A stretch of 64,000 bases of DNA from an uncultured bacterium. GTDB lineage: Bacteria; Cyanobacteriota; Vampirovibrionia; Gastranaerophilales; Gastranaerophilaceae. Below the pieces are notes generated by a model. It was given only the letters and a program-made list of their open reading frames with translations. It was not told the origin of the DNA and did no database searches. Position numbers and translations under genes: made by a program. Of the stretch, positions 18,163 to 28,036 are shown piece by piece. Position 1 is the stretch's first letter. Each line of letters opens with the position of its first letter. The stretch lies in assembly GCA_946636615.1 (NCBI GenBank), contig CAMPBE010000003.1:15928-79927 (forward strand), written 5' to 3'.

Positions 18163-19629
18163 ATGCGTTTAAATTATCTGGCAAGTGCAATAGGATTGGT
18201 GATGATGTACATAGGATTGGTTTTGTTATCTCCTGTTGTGGTTGCTATGTTTTATAATGAAATGGGGTCAATATTGCCTTTTGTTGCTGCGTCAGCAGTA
18301 TCAATTGCAATCGGTTACTGTTTTCGAAAATTTGTAAAAAATGCATCTAATCTTGAAAACTTGAATGATATTAAAAAGGCTGAAGCATTGTTTATTGTTG
18401 CGATGTCGTGGGTTGTATTTAGTTTTATTGCCGCTATTCCGTATTTGTTTTATGATTTTTCTCCAATAAATGCTTTGTTTGAAGCTGTTTCCGGTATAAC
18501 AACAACCGGTGCTACTGTTTTAACTAATTATAATTATCCTCATGCATTTTTCTTTTGGAGAGCTTTAACGCAATGGTTTGGCGGTTTGGGTATAATCGTG
18601 TTATTTATAGCAATTTTACCTCAGTTTGCAGTTGCAGGTAGGCAGATGTTTTTTGCTGAAACTCCGGGGCCTACTGAGGATAAATTTACTCCGAGAATTA
18701 GGAATACTGCTTCTTCTTTGTGGAAAATATATTTAGCTTTTACTGTTATTGAGATTTTGTTATTAATATGGGCAGGAATGCCTGCATTTGATGCAGTATG
18801 TAATTCTCTTTCTACACTTTCTGCGGGCGGATTTTCACCTCATGCGAAAAGTATTTTGGGGTATAATTCTAATGCGATAACTTGGATAATTCTTATATTT
18901 ATGTTTATAGCAGGTATAAGTTTTAACCTGCAATATAAGGCTCTAAAACAGTTTAATCCTTTTGTGCTATTCAAAAATGAAGAATTTAGGGCATATTTTG
19001 GATTAGTTTTAATAATGAGCATGTTTATTTCTGTATCATTATTTTTAAATCATCATACAAATATCGCTGATAATATAAGAGATTCTTTATTTCAAATTAT
19101 AAGTATTACAACATCTTCAGGATTTGCTAGTTTAGATTTTGAAAAATGGAATTATACATCAAAATTACTTTTATTCATTGTTATGTTTATGGGAGCCTGT
19201 TCAAGTTCTGCAGGTGGTGGTATAAAACTTGCAAGGTGGCTTGTTGTTTATAAATCAATGAAAAGTGAAATTGTAAAAATTTTACATCCGAATGCTGTTG
19301 TTAATATAAAAATAGACGGGAAAACAGTACCTATAGAAACAGCACGACAAATAGTTGTTTTTGTCTTTTTTTATTTCTTAATTTTTGGCGTAACAGCAAT
19401 TTTTATATCAATATTAGAGCATAATAGTGCAGTAGGCTTGACAAGTGCGATATCATCTTTAGGAAATATTGGCCCCGGTGTTGCAGTTTCAACAGGTCCG
19501 ATGGGTAATTATGATAACTTAACGATACCTTCAAAAGTTATATATATAATGAATATGCTTGTCGGTAGACTTGAATTAATTCCGTTTATGGTAATGTTGC
19601 AAAAAGATTTTTGGACATTGAAAGATTAA
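18163..19629 (+). CDS. trkH: Trk potassium uptake system membrane subunit TrkH
   Basis: 488-aa polytopic ORF with repeated selectivity-filter-like TTTGAT, LSAGGFS and SSSAGGG segments. Its start abuts the trkA stop. Confidence 0.9.
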   Translation: MRLNYLASAIGLVMMYIGLVLLSPVVVAMFYNEMGSILPFVAASAVSIAIGYCFRKFVKNASNLENLNDIKKAEALFIVAMSWVVFSFIAAIPYLFYDFSPINALFEAVSGITTTGATVLTNYNYPHAFFFWRALTQWFGGLGIIVLFIAILPQFAVAGRQMFFAETPGPTEDKFTPRIRNTASSLWKIYLAFTVIEILLLIWAGMPAFDAVCNSLSTLSAGGFSPHAKSILGYNSNAITWIILIFMFIAGISFNLQYKALKQFNPFVLFKNEEFRAYFGLVLIMSMFISVSLFLNHHTNIADNIRDSLFQIISITTSSGFASLDFEKWNYTSKLLLFIVMFMGACSSSAGGGIKLARWLVVYKSMKSEIVKILHPNAVVNIKIDGKTVPIETARQIVVFVFFYFLIFGVTAIFISILEHNSAVGLTSAISSLGNIGPGVAVSTGPMGNYDNLTIPSKVIYIMNMLVGRLELIPFMVMLQKDFWTLKD

Positions 19630-19700
19630 ATTGTATAATATGTTTGTGTAATGAACAATTTGTGACAAAAATCGTTTAATAAGTATTAGAGGGGAAATAT

Positions 19701-21173
19701 TTGAAATTTAATATAAAAAATATAATATTGTTAATACTTGTCAGTTTGTCAGCAAATGTGTGTTTTGCAGTTGAGCAAATGAGTATTGAAAAGCATGCGG
19801 TACTTAATATAGACGATTGTGTAAATATAGCCCTTCAAAATAGCCCAAAAATTAAGAAAGCAAGATATAATTACGGGATTTCCAAAGGTAATTTGGGTGT
19901 TGCAAAAGCCGGCTACTTTCCGACTCTTGGAGTTGGTACAGGATATAATTTCACAGGAAATTATACAGATAAAAACTCCACAAATAACGATATTTATAAT
20001 GCTGAGGCAAGTATAAATCAATTAATATGGAATTTTGGTAAGACAAACGCAAACATAAGAATGCAAAATTTTAACAGAATTGCATCTTTGTATACTTTTG
20101 AGAATATTGTTTTAGAAACTATTTTCGAGGTTAAAACGAATTATTATGGAGTTTTAGCTGCTCGTGCTGCTCTTGATGTTAACAAGGCAAATGTGCAGAT
20201 AAATGAGAGAAATTACCAGAGAACAAAAGCATACTTTGATGAAGGTATAAAATCTAAGATTGATTTGGTTAATGCTGAGGTAAATTTAAGTGATTCAAAA
20301 ATTACTTTGGTAAATTCTCAAAAGTCTTACCAAAATGCAATTGTTTTATTGAATAATTCTATGTATATTGCTTTTGCTCCTGAATATGAAATTGAAAACA
20401 CAAAAACTTTTAATCTTGAGCATAAGTTTGCACCTGTAAGTCTGGAAAAATTGGATGAAAAGCTGGATATAAGTGCGACTCCTAGTGATGTTGATAATGC
20501 TTTTTTAACATCAAAGGTTGAAAAAATTAATGTATTAGAAAATTTTGAGTTTGAACCTTTTCCATATAAGTTTGAAGAAGCTGTTAAAATTGCTTATAAG
20601 AATAGACCTGATTTAAAGGCTTATGATGCAACATTGAATGCGATGAAAGAGTCTCTAAAATATACAAAAAGAGAATATTTGCCAGAAATTTCTGCAAAGG
20701 CAGGTTATGGCTTTAGAAATCAATATAATTCAAATTCTTTCAATGCAGGCATCAATTTGACAGGATCTGTTAATGTAAAAGCCGAAAAACATAAGATTGA
20801 CAATGCTAAATTGCAGGTTGAAATTGCACAAAACGAAATAGATATGGCAAAGCAAAATATATATTTTCAAGTTCAGAATTTATATGTAAATATGGTTCAA
20901 TATGAAAAACAAGTTCCTTTGTTAGCAGTAAAGGTTAAAGAAACATTGGAAAATTTCGAGCTTGCTGACGGTAGGTATGAAGTTGGTCTTGGGGATTATA
21001 TAGAATTACAAGATGCTAAGGTAAAATATAATAATGCGCAAATTAGTTATGTTCAAGCTGTTCATAATTATAATGTAGCCAGAGCAAATTTGGAAAAAGC
21101 AATAGCGCTTCCACAAAGTATTACAACATCTATTGAGGATAATAAAAATGATAAAAAATCTAAAAAACATTAA
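19701..21173 (+). CDS. TolC-family outer-membrane efflux protein
   Basis: 490-aa ORF with a TTG start after GAGGGG and a signal peptide. It has two OEP-type repeats rich in coiled-coil heptads and is first in the efflux operon. Confidence 0.85.
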   Translation: MKFNIKNIILLILVSLSANVCFAVEQMSIEKHAVLNIDDCVNIALQNSPKIKKARYNYGISKGNLGVAKAGYFPTLGVGTGYNFTGNYTDKNSTNNDIYNAEASINQLIWNFGKTNANIRMQNFNRIASLYTFENIVLETIFEVKTNYYGVLAARAALDVNKANVQINERNYQRTKAYFDEGIKSKIDLVNAEVNLSDSKITLVNSQKSYQNAIVLLNNSMYIAFAPEYEIENTKTFNLEHKFAPVSLEKLDEKLDISATPSDVDNAFLTSKVEKINVLENFEFEPFPYKFEEAVKIAYKNRPDLKAYDATLNAMKESLKYTKREYLPEISAKAGYGFRNQYNSNSFNAGINLTGSVNVKAEKHKIDNAKLQVEIAQNEIDMAKQNIYFQVQNLYVNMVQYEKQVPLLAVKVKETLENFELADGRYEVGLGDYIELQDAKVKYNNAQISYVQAVHNYNVARANLEKAIALPQSITTSIEDNKNDKKSKKH

Positions 21174-22320
21174 GAAGAGATATATTTTTGCTACTGTAGC
21201 AATTGTTATTGCTGTATTGGCTTGTTATGGCATTGTATCTAAAAATAAAGTTCATTATGATACAAAACCGTTAAAATTTTGCACTATAACTCAATATGTA
21301 GATGCTTCCGGTACAATAAATCCTGTGAATACAGTTTCCGTCGGTTCAACTGTTTCAGGTTTAATAAAGGCTATATATGTTGATTATAATTCCGAAGTAA
21401 AAAAAGGACAGCTTTTGGCGCAAATTGACCCTGCAAATTTTGAAGCTCAAGTTCAACAAAATCAGGCACAAATTAGCAATGCGCAGGCTAATCTCGCAAA
21501 ATTGCAGGCAATAGCTGATTTTGATGAAAAACAGTATCAAAGGTATAAAAATTTGTATAACAAAAATTTTGTTGCAAAAAGTGAATTAGACCAAAAATAT
21601 AGTACTTATAAGTCAGATTTGGCACAGATAAATGCTGCAAGAGCTCAAATACATCAGTTTCAGGCGTCGCTTCAAACCGCGCAGACAAATCTCGGTTACA
21701 CAAAAATTATAGCTCCGGTTGACGGCACTGTGATTTCAAGAAAAATCGATTTGGGGCAACCGGTTGCAGCAAGTTTTCAGGCTCCTGAACTGTTTACTAT
21801 TGCTCAGGATTTGACAAAAATGCAAATAGAGGTTAGTGTTTCAGAAGCTGATATAGGTAAAGTTAAAGAAGGTCAAGATGTTACTTATACACTTGACGGT
21901 TATCCTGACAGTACATTTTATGGTAAGGTTACACAAGTAAGACTTTCTCCTACTACCGTCTCAAATGTTGTAACTTATACTGTTATTGTTGATGTTGATA
22001 ATGAAGATCTTAAATTAAAGCCCGGAATGACAGCAAATGTTTCGATTATAACCAGCAAGAGCGAAGATGTTTTGTGTGCCCCAAATCTTGCATTAAAGTT
22101 TACTCCTGATATAAACGGTCAAAAATATCAAAAGCAAGGAGTCTGGATTTTAGAAAAAGGAACACCAAAGCGTATTGATATAGAAACCGGTGCAAGTGAT
22201 GATAATTATACTGAAGTGAAATCGTCAGAGCTTACTGATGGAACAAGAGTGATTTTAGGCACTCAAAATAAAAATTCTAAGAAAAAGAACATGAACAAAA
22301 ACCGTGTACCGAGGTTGTAA
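21148..22320 (+). CDS. HlyD/MacA/DevB-type periplasmic adaptor
   Basis: N-terminal TM anchor, biotinyl-lipoyl-like segments (GQLLAQIDP, IIAPVDGTVI), a long coiled coil and a beta-barrel C-terminal part. Confidence 0.85.
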   Translation: MIKNLKNIKKRYIFATVAIVIAVLACYGIVSKNKVHYDTKPLKFCTITQYVDASGTINPVNTVSVGSTVSGLIKAIYVDYNSEVKKGQLLAQIDPANFEAQVQQNQAQISNAQANLAKLQAIADFDEKQYQRYKNLYNKNFVAKSELDQKYSTYKSDLAQINAARAQIHQFQASLQTAQTNLGYTKIIAPVDGTVISRKIDLGQPVAASFQAPELFTIAQDLTKMQIEVSVSEADIGKVKEGQDVTYTLDGYPDSTFYGKVTQVRLSPTTVSNVVTYTVIVDVDNEDLKLKPGMTANVSIITSKSEDVLCAPNLALKFTPDINGQKYQKQGVWILEKGTPKRIDIETGASDDNYTEVKSSELTDGTRVILGTQNKNSKKKNMNKNRVPRL

Positions 22321-22321
22321 T

Positions 22322-23038
22322 ATGCCATTAATTGAGGTTAAAAACGCAATAAAGATATATCGCATGGGAGATGAAAATTTCTATGCTTTAAATGATGTGT
22401 CTTTTTCTATAGATAAAGGTGAATTTGTAGCGATAATGGGCGCTTCAGGATCAGGAAAGTCTACTTGTATGAATATGCTGGGGACTCTTGATAAGCCGTC
22501 TTCGGGTGAATATTATCTGGAAGGGATAGATGTTTTTTCTCTAAATTCAGAACAATTATCAGATATAAGAAATAATAAAATTGGTTTTGTTTTTCAAGGG
22601 TTTAATTTGATATCAAGGACTACAGCTATTGATAATGTTGCTATGCCAATGATATATAAGGGTATTCCTGAACAAGAAAGATATGAAAGAGCCAGAAAAG
22701 CATTAAAGATAGTTGGTCTTGAAAATAAGGAATCAAATATGCCGTCACAAATGTCTGGCGGTCAGCAACAAAGAGTTGCCATTGCCCGTGCTATAGTAAA
22801 TGATGCCCCTCTTATTCTGGCAGATGAACCGACAGGTAATTTGGATACAAAAACAAGTATTGATGTTATGGAATTTTTTGTAGAATTAAACGAAAAATAT
22901 GGGAAAACCGTCGTGCTTGTTACACATGAGCCTGATATTGCTCAATATACAAAAAGAATATTGAAATTTAAAGATGGGAAAATTGTATCTGATATGCCCA
23001 AAGAGGAGTGGTTAAAAGTAAGAACTAGGGAAACTTAG
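22322..23038 (+). CDS. ABC transporter ATP-binding protein (MacB/DevA/LolD type)
   Basis: Walker A GASGSGKST, signature SGGQQQRVAIARA and Walker B ILADEPTGNLD. The start is at the ATG after GAGG. Confidence 0.92.
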   Translation: MPLIEVKNAIKIYRMGDENFYALNDVSFSIDKGEFVAIMGASGSGKSTCMNMLGTLDKPSSGEYYLEGIDVFSLNSEQLSDIRNNKIGFVFQGFNLISRTTAIDNVAMPMIYKGIPEQERYERARKALKIVGLENKESNMPSQMSGGQQQRVAIARAIVNDAPLILADEPTGNLDTKTSIDVMEFFVELNEKYGKTVVLVTHEPDIAQYTKRILKFKDGKIVSDMPKEEWLKVRTRET

Positions 23039-23051
23039 TAAAAGGATAATA

Positions 23052-24278
23052 ATGATAGATTTTAAATCAACACTAAAAATAGCTCTTAATTCTTTAAAAG
23101 TTAATAAAATGCGCTCTGCTCTCACTTCGCTTGGTATAATTATTGGTGTCGCGTCAGTTATTGCTATGCTTGCGATTGGAGGTGGTACGAATAAACAAGT
23201 ACAAGAAAATATGGAATCTATGGGGTCAAATTTGTTGACTGTCCGATCTTCTTCTGCAAAGACCGGCGGAGTTTCTATGGGTATGGGGTCTAAACCTACT
23301 TTAAGTGTAAAAGATTCCGTAGCTATCCGTAAGAATGTCAGAGGGGTTGAGGCAGTTGCACCAATTATGAGTTCTTCAAAGCAGGTTATGTATGGCAATC
23401 AAAATTGGCAGACTACAATTTATGGGGTAACTAATCCATATTTGTATGTCAAAAATTATGAGGTAGAAACAGGAAAATCATTTACACCTGATGATGATAG
23501 AAATGCCGCAAAGGTTGCAATAATTGGTGCTACTGTAGAAAATGAACTGTTTGGCGATATTGATGCAACAGGTAAAATAATAAGAATTGGGAATGTTCCG
23601 TTTAAAGTTATTGGAATATTAAAATCAAAAGGTCAGTCTGGGCCTTTTGATCAGGATGATTTAATCCTTATTCCTTTAACAACAGCACAACGCAAAATAT
23701 TTGGGACTGATTTCCCGGGTTCTGTAAATCAAATATTAGTGAAAGCTGCCTCTGTAGAGGATAGTTCACGAGCTGAACAAGAGATAACAGAAGTATTGAG
23801 AGCAAGGCATAAACTTGGCAAATCTCAAGAAAATGATTTTGAAATTAGAAATAATGCTGAATTTCAGGAAACATTAAAGGCTAATGTAAGATCAATCACT
23901 GTATTTTTAATATTTGTTGCCGCAATTTCTTTGCTTGTCGGTGGTATCGGTGTTATGAATATTATGCTCGTGTCTGTTACAGAAAGAACTAAGGAAATTG
24001 GTATAAGAATGGCTATCGGTGCAAGAGCTCAGGATATAAGAATGCAGTTTTTGGTAGAAGCGTTGGTGCTATCTTTGGTCGGCGGATTAATCGGAGTTAT
24101 AACCGGTATTGTTATTGCTTTAATCTTTGGCGTAGTTTCAGGCCGTCCTGTTGTATTTACATTAATGCCAATATTAATATCTTTTTCTTTTTCCGGTTTG
24201 GTAGGAATTGTTTTTGGATTTTATCCTGCATATAAAGCGTCATTGCTTAATCCTATCGATGCTTTGAGATACGAATAA
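23052..24278 (+). CDS. ABC transporter permease (FtsX/MacB/DevC type)
   Basis: 408-aa ORF with a MacB_PCD-like periplasmic domain between TM1 and TM2, and a C-terminal FtsX domain containing TERTKEIGIRMAIGA. Confidence 0.9.
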   Translation: MIDFKSTLKIALNSLKVNKMRSALTSLGIIIGVASVIAMLAIGGGTNKQVQENMESMGSNLLTVRSSSAKTGGVSMGMGSKPTLSVKDSVAIRKNVRGVEAVAPIMSSSKQVMYGNQNWQTTIYGVTNPYLYVKNYEVETGKSFTPDDDRNAAKVAIIGATVENELFGDIDATGKIIRIGNVPFKVIGILKSKGQSGPFDQDDLILIPLTTAQRKIFGTDFPGSVNQILVKAASVEDSSRAEQEITEVLRARHKLGKSQENDFEIRNNAEFQETLKANVRSITVFLIFVAAISLLVGGIGVMNIMLVSVTERTKEIGIRMAIGARAQDIRMQFLVEALVLSLVGGLIGVITGIVIALIFGVVSGRPVVFTLMPILISFSFSGLVGIVFGFYPAYKASLLNPIDALRYE

Positions 24279-24279
24279 A

Positions 24280-25230
24280 TTAATGATTATCATATAAAAA
24301 ACACTTTACGTTATGGTAAGTTCCTATGATATTTGGGGAACAAGTTTTGCATTTATCCATAACTTTTGGGCATCTTGTATGAAACTTGCATCCGTCAGGC
24401 AAATTTGTCGGGGACGGTAAATCCCCCTTTAATATATTCTTTTGCTTCTTTGTTTTGTCAAATGACGGGACTGAGTTTATCAATGCTTTTGTGTAGGGGT
24501 GCAAGGGATTTGAAAATATGTCTTTAGTCTTTCCAAGTTCAACAATTTCTCCCAAATACATAATTGCAACTCTGTCTGCTAAATATTCAATTACGCTCAT
24601 ATCGTGTGTAATCAATAAAAATGTAATGTTTTGAGTTTCTTTTAATTCTTTAATAAGGTTTATTATCTGTGCCTGAATACTGACATCAAGTGCACTGACA
24701 GGTTCATCAGCAATGATAAATTCTGGGTTTAGCATTAGTGCTCTTGCGATTGCGATTCTTTGTCTTTGTCCGCCTGAAAATTCATGTGGGTATTTGTCTA
24801 AACAATTTTCGTCTAATCCTACTAATTTTATTTTTTCTTTAACTATTTCAATAATTTTTTCTTTTTTTAAATTTGTATTTATAACGAGAGGTTCTGTCAA
24901 AATTTCAAGAATTTTCATTTTAGGGTTTAGGCTTGCATAAGGATTTTGAAATACTATTTGAGCAAACTGTCGAAATGTTTTAAGGCTATTTGCTTTACAA
25001 CTGTTAAACAGGATGCAGCCGCTTTTTATTGGTTCCAATTTTAATATTGCTTTTGCAAGTGTCGATTTGCCGCAACCGGACTCACCGGCCAAGGCTAAAA
25101 TTTCACCTTGTTTTATATCAAGAGAAACTCCATTTACTGCATGGATAATTTGTTTTTGACCGATGATATTTTTATTTGTTTTATACTCTACGTGTAAGTC
25201 GTTTATTTTTAATAAATTTTCTTTATTCAT
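24280..25230 (-). CDS. Oligopeptide/dipeptide ABC transporter ATP-binding protein (OppF/DppF-like), orphan
   Basis: Walker A GESGCGKST and signature FSGGQRQRIAIARA, plus a C-terminal oligopeptide-type Cys-rich extension, CKFHTRCPKVMDKCKTC. No permease or binding protein is adjacent. Confidence 0.85.
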   Translation of the reverse strand: MNKENLLKINDLHVEYKTNKNIIGQKQIIHAVNGVSLDIKQGEILALAGESGCGKSTLAKAILKLEPIKSGCILFNSCKANSLKTFRQFAQIVFQNPYASLNPKMKILEILTEPLVINTNLKKEKIIEIVKEKIKLVGLDENCLDKYPHEFSGGQRQRIAIARALMLNPEFIIADEPVSALDVSIQAQIINLIKELKETQNITFLLITHDMSVIEYLADRVAIMYLGEIVELGKTKDIFSNPLHPYTKALINSVPSFDKTKKQKNILKGDLPSPTNLPDGCKFHTRCPKVMDKCKTCSPNIIGTYHNVKCFLYDNH

Positions 25231-25286
25231 AGATAAATTTTATATTTATTTTTTGTTGTAGGCAATTGTATTAAAGGTTAATATTT

Positions 25287-25883
25287 TTATAACTCTCTTC
25301 TACCTTCAATAGCTTTTGCAATTGTGATTTCATCAGCATATTCAAGATCTGCACCTACAGGTAAACCAAAGGCTATACGAGAAATTTTTATTCCAAACGG
25401 TTTTATTAATTTGTTTAAGTATAAACTTGTGGCTTCGCCTTCCACAGATGGGCTTAATGCAAGAATAACCTCTTTTACTTTATCATCGGTTAATCTGTTT
25501 AAGAGCTCTTTTATTCGGATATCATCGGCACCAATACCATCCATTGGAGAAATTAGACCTTGAAGTACATGGTACAAGCCCTTGTATTCGTTAGTTTTTT
25601 CTATTGCAATTAAATCTTTTGTTTCAGCAACAACGCATATTGTTGACTTGTCTCTCGAAGATGATGAACATATTTCGCATGGACTTGTTGCTGAAAGGTT
25701 GAAACAGATTTCACATGTTTTCGTATTTTGTTTTGCATCTATCATACTTTGTGCAAATTTTTCCACCTCAGACAAAGGCATCCTCAACAAATAAAATGCC
25801 ATTCTTTGAGCTGATTTTGGTCCGACAGATGGGAATTTTTGAAAATGCTCTATTAAAGCTGCTATAGATTTTGGGTAAATCAT
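25287..25883 (-). CDS. recR: Recombination protein RecR
   Basis: 198-aa ORF with HhH, the zinc finger CEICFNLSATSPCEIC and a Toprim domain. It overlaps the ybaB stop by 1 nt. Confidence 0.95.
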   Translation of the reverse strand: MIYPKSIAALIEHFQKFPSVGPKSAQRMAFYLLRMPLSEVEKFAQSMIDAKQNTKTCEICFNLSATSPCEICSSSSRDKSTICVVAETKDLIAIEKTNEYKGLYHVLQGLISPMDGIGADDIRIKELLNRLTDDKVKEVILALSPSVEGEATSLYLNKLIKPFGIKISRIAFGLPVGADLEYADEITIAKAIEGRREL

Positions 25884-26218
25884 TAGAAGTTCAATCCCGG
25901 AATGTTAATACCGCCTGTAACAGCCTTCATTCTGGTTTCCATTTCTTTTTCAGCTTTTGAACTTGCTTGATTTATAGCTGTTGTAACTAGATCTTCAAGC
26001 ATTTCTACAGTTTCAGCATCAACTGAAGATGGATTTTCAGGATTAATAGCTTCAGGTTTTATTTTTATTGATTTGAATTTACCTTGTCCTGAACAAGTAA
26101 CTACAACAGCTCCGCCAGCACTTTCTCCTGTTAAATTCATATCTGAAAGTTCTTGTTGAACATCTTTTAATCTTGCTTGTATATTTTGTGCTTGTTTCAT
26201 CATTTGCATAATATTCAT
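25883..26218 (-). CDS. ybaB: YbaB/EbfC nucleoid-associated protein
   Basis: 111-aa ORF with the typical MMKQAQ..Q......Q.EL pattern and the conserved ybaB-recR gene pair. Confidence 0.9.
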   Translation of the reverse strand: MNIMQMMKQAQNIQARLKDVQQELSDMNLTGESAGGAVVVTCSGQGKFKSIKIKPEAINPENPSSVDAETVEMLEDLVTTAINQASSKAEKEMETRMKAVTGGINIPGLNF

Positions 26219-26278
26219 ATTTATCTCTCCTTAGTCTGTAAATTGAAATTTTCCTAATAATTATTATATAATAAAATC

Positions 26279-27052
26279 ATGCAAAAATACACTTATGTTG
26301 CAGAATCTTTAAAAAACGGTCAGATAATGCGTTGGACATTTATGCCTTTGAATGTCTATATTGCGCCTATGAAATTTTATTCTAAGCAGGGCCAAGATTT
26401 GAAATACAGGGGAATGGTAATAAGGGCTTTGAATGAATGGGAAAGGGCGACAAAAGGAAAGGTAGCATTCAGAGTTGTCAATACTCTTTTAGAATCTAAT
26501 GTTAATGTCGATTGGAAAAGGGTTGAAAGAAAAGCTTTGGGACACTGTTATTTTAATTATGATGGTATGAACAGGCTATATGGGGCTGAGGTTGCTATAG
26601 GTCTGACTGAAGGTATAGTACATGCTGATTATATGGATGAGGACGAAGTATATCATACGATTTTGCACGAAATTGGGCATGCAATTGGATTGGGACATAG
26701 CAAAAACCCTGCGGATATAATGTACACTCCTCACCAAAAAGGTGTTAATTCAGTATCAAAGGGTGATTGTTTGACTGTAAATTGGCTATATGCGTTACCG
26801 CAAGGTGCAACAACAGCTGAAGTTGCATCAAAATACGGTATTGGAGGAAGTAATATAGATGAAATAATTGCAAAATTTATTGATAAAAAATCTCCGACTG
26901 AATTTGAAAAGGTAAAATCTTCAATAAAGCTCCCAAAAAGAGATTTGTTGGAAGAACAGGAAGCTATTGCTAATCTGCGTAAATATCATATGTCTTTGCA
27001 AAATATTCATATATCTGAGGATATGAAAAAGTTTTTTAGAGAGAAACATTAA
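26279..27052 (+). CDS. Matrixin-like (metzincin) zinc metalloprotease, no obvious signal peptide
   Basis: Extended zinc motif HEIGHAIGLGH followed by a Met-turn candidate, DIMY. Confidence 0.7.
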   Translation: MQKYTYVAESLKNGQIMRWTFMPLNVYIAPMKFYSKQGQDLKYRGMVIRALNEWERATKGKVAFRVVNTLLESNVNVDWKRVERKALGHCYFNYDGMNRLYGAEVAIGLTEGIVHADYMDEDEVYHTILHEIGHAIGLGHSKNPADIMYTPHQKGVNSVSKGDCLTVNWLYALPQGATTAEVASKYGIGGSNIDEIIAKFIDKKSPTEFEKVKSSIKLPKRDLLEEQEAIANLRKYHMSLQNIHISEDMKKFFREKH

Positions 27053-27087
27053 AAATGGTTTATATTGTAAAGCCTTTTTGTTAAAAA

Positions 27088-27115
27088 TTGCTATTGAAAT
27101 TTTTTCGGGTATAAT
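27088..27115 (+). promoter_or_regulatory. Candidate sigma-70-type promoter of the accD operon
   Basis: TTGCTA (27088-27093), a 16-nt spacer, then TATAAT (27110-27115), 45 nt upstream of the accD ATG. Confidence 0.4.
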
Positions 27116-27160
27116 GTTATTGTATAAAATGTTGATTAGGATTATATAGGAATATAAAAT

Positions 27161-28036
27161 ATGACAGTTCAAGATTGGTTTGAAAAAAGGAAACAAGCTC
27201 AAATTCAGCGTCGAGAACTTGAGGGAAGAGTTGAATTGGATATGGACCCTAATTTGTGGGTCAAATGTGTGCATTGTGATGCACAATTGCTAAAAGAAGA
27301 TTTAGAAAAAAATGATATGGTTTGTCCTGTATGTGATTATCATTTTAGAATATGTGCAAAAAAACGGATAAAACAGCTTTTTGATGAAGGTTCCTTTGAA
27401 GAACTGTTTACTGATGTTAAGCCGACAGACCCGTTGGAATTTTCTGATACTGAGACTTATAAATCTCGCTTGGAAAAGGCTCAGAAGAAAACATCATTAG
27501 ATGATGCAGTTATCACAGGTATTGCAACAATTGAAGGTAATAAAGTTGCAACTGCAGTCATGGATTTTGATTTTATGGGCGGTTCAATGGGCAGTGTTGT
27601 CGGGGAAAAAGTTACACGTATAATTGAAAAGGCTATAGAAGAAAGGTTGCCGGTGTTAGCTATTACTTCATCAGGCGGTGCCAGAATGCAAGAAAGTGCA
27701 TTAAGTTTGATGCAAATGGCAAAAACATCCTGTGCAGTTTCTAGACTTGATGATGAAGGCCTTTTGTATATAAATCTTTTAACTGAGCCTACATTTGGTG
27801 GTATAACAGCAAGTTTTGGCATGTTGGGTGATGTTATTGTTGCAGAGCAAGGGGCACGTATTGGCTTTGCAGGCAGAAGGGTTATCGAGCAAACAATAAG
27901 GCAAAAACTTCCGTCAGATTTCCAAACTGCGGAATATTTGCTTAAGTACGGACAGGTTGATGTTGTTTCAGCAAGAAAAGATTTAAAGAGTACACTTGCT
28001 AAAATTTTAGAAATGCACTCTAAGAAAGGTGTTTAA
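27161..28036 (+). CDS. accD: Acetyl-CoA carboxylase carboxyltransferase beta subunit
   Basis: Zinc ribbon CVHCDAQL...CPVCDYH followed by a carboxyltransferase domain with MGGSMGSVVGEK. Confidence 0.95.
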   Translation: MTVQDWFEKRKQAQIQRRELEGRVELDMDPNLWVKCVHCDAQLLKEDLEKNDMVCPVCDYHFRICAKKRIKQLFDEGSFEELFTDVKPTDPLEFSDTETYKSRLEKAQKKTSLDDAVITGIATIEGNKVATAVMDFDFMGGSMGSVVGEKVTRIIEKAIEERLPVLAITSSGGARMQESALSLMQMAKTSCAVSRLDDEGLLYINLLTEPTFGGITASFGMLGDVIVAEQGARIGFAGRRVIEQTIRQKLPSDFQTAEYLLKYGQVDVVSARKDLKSTLAKILEMHSKKGV

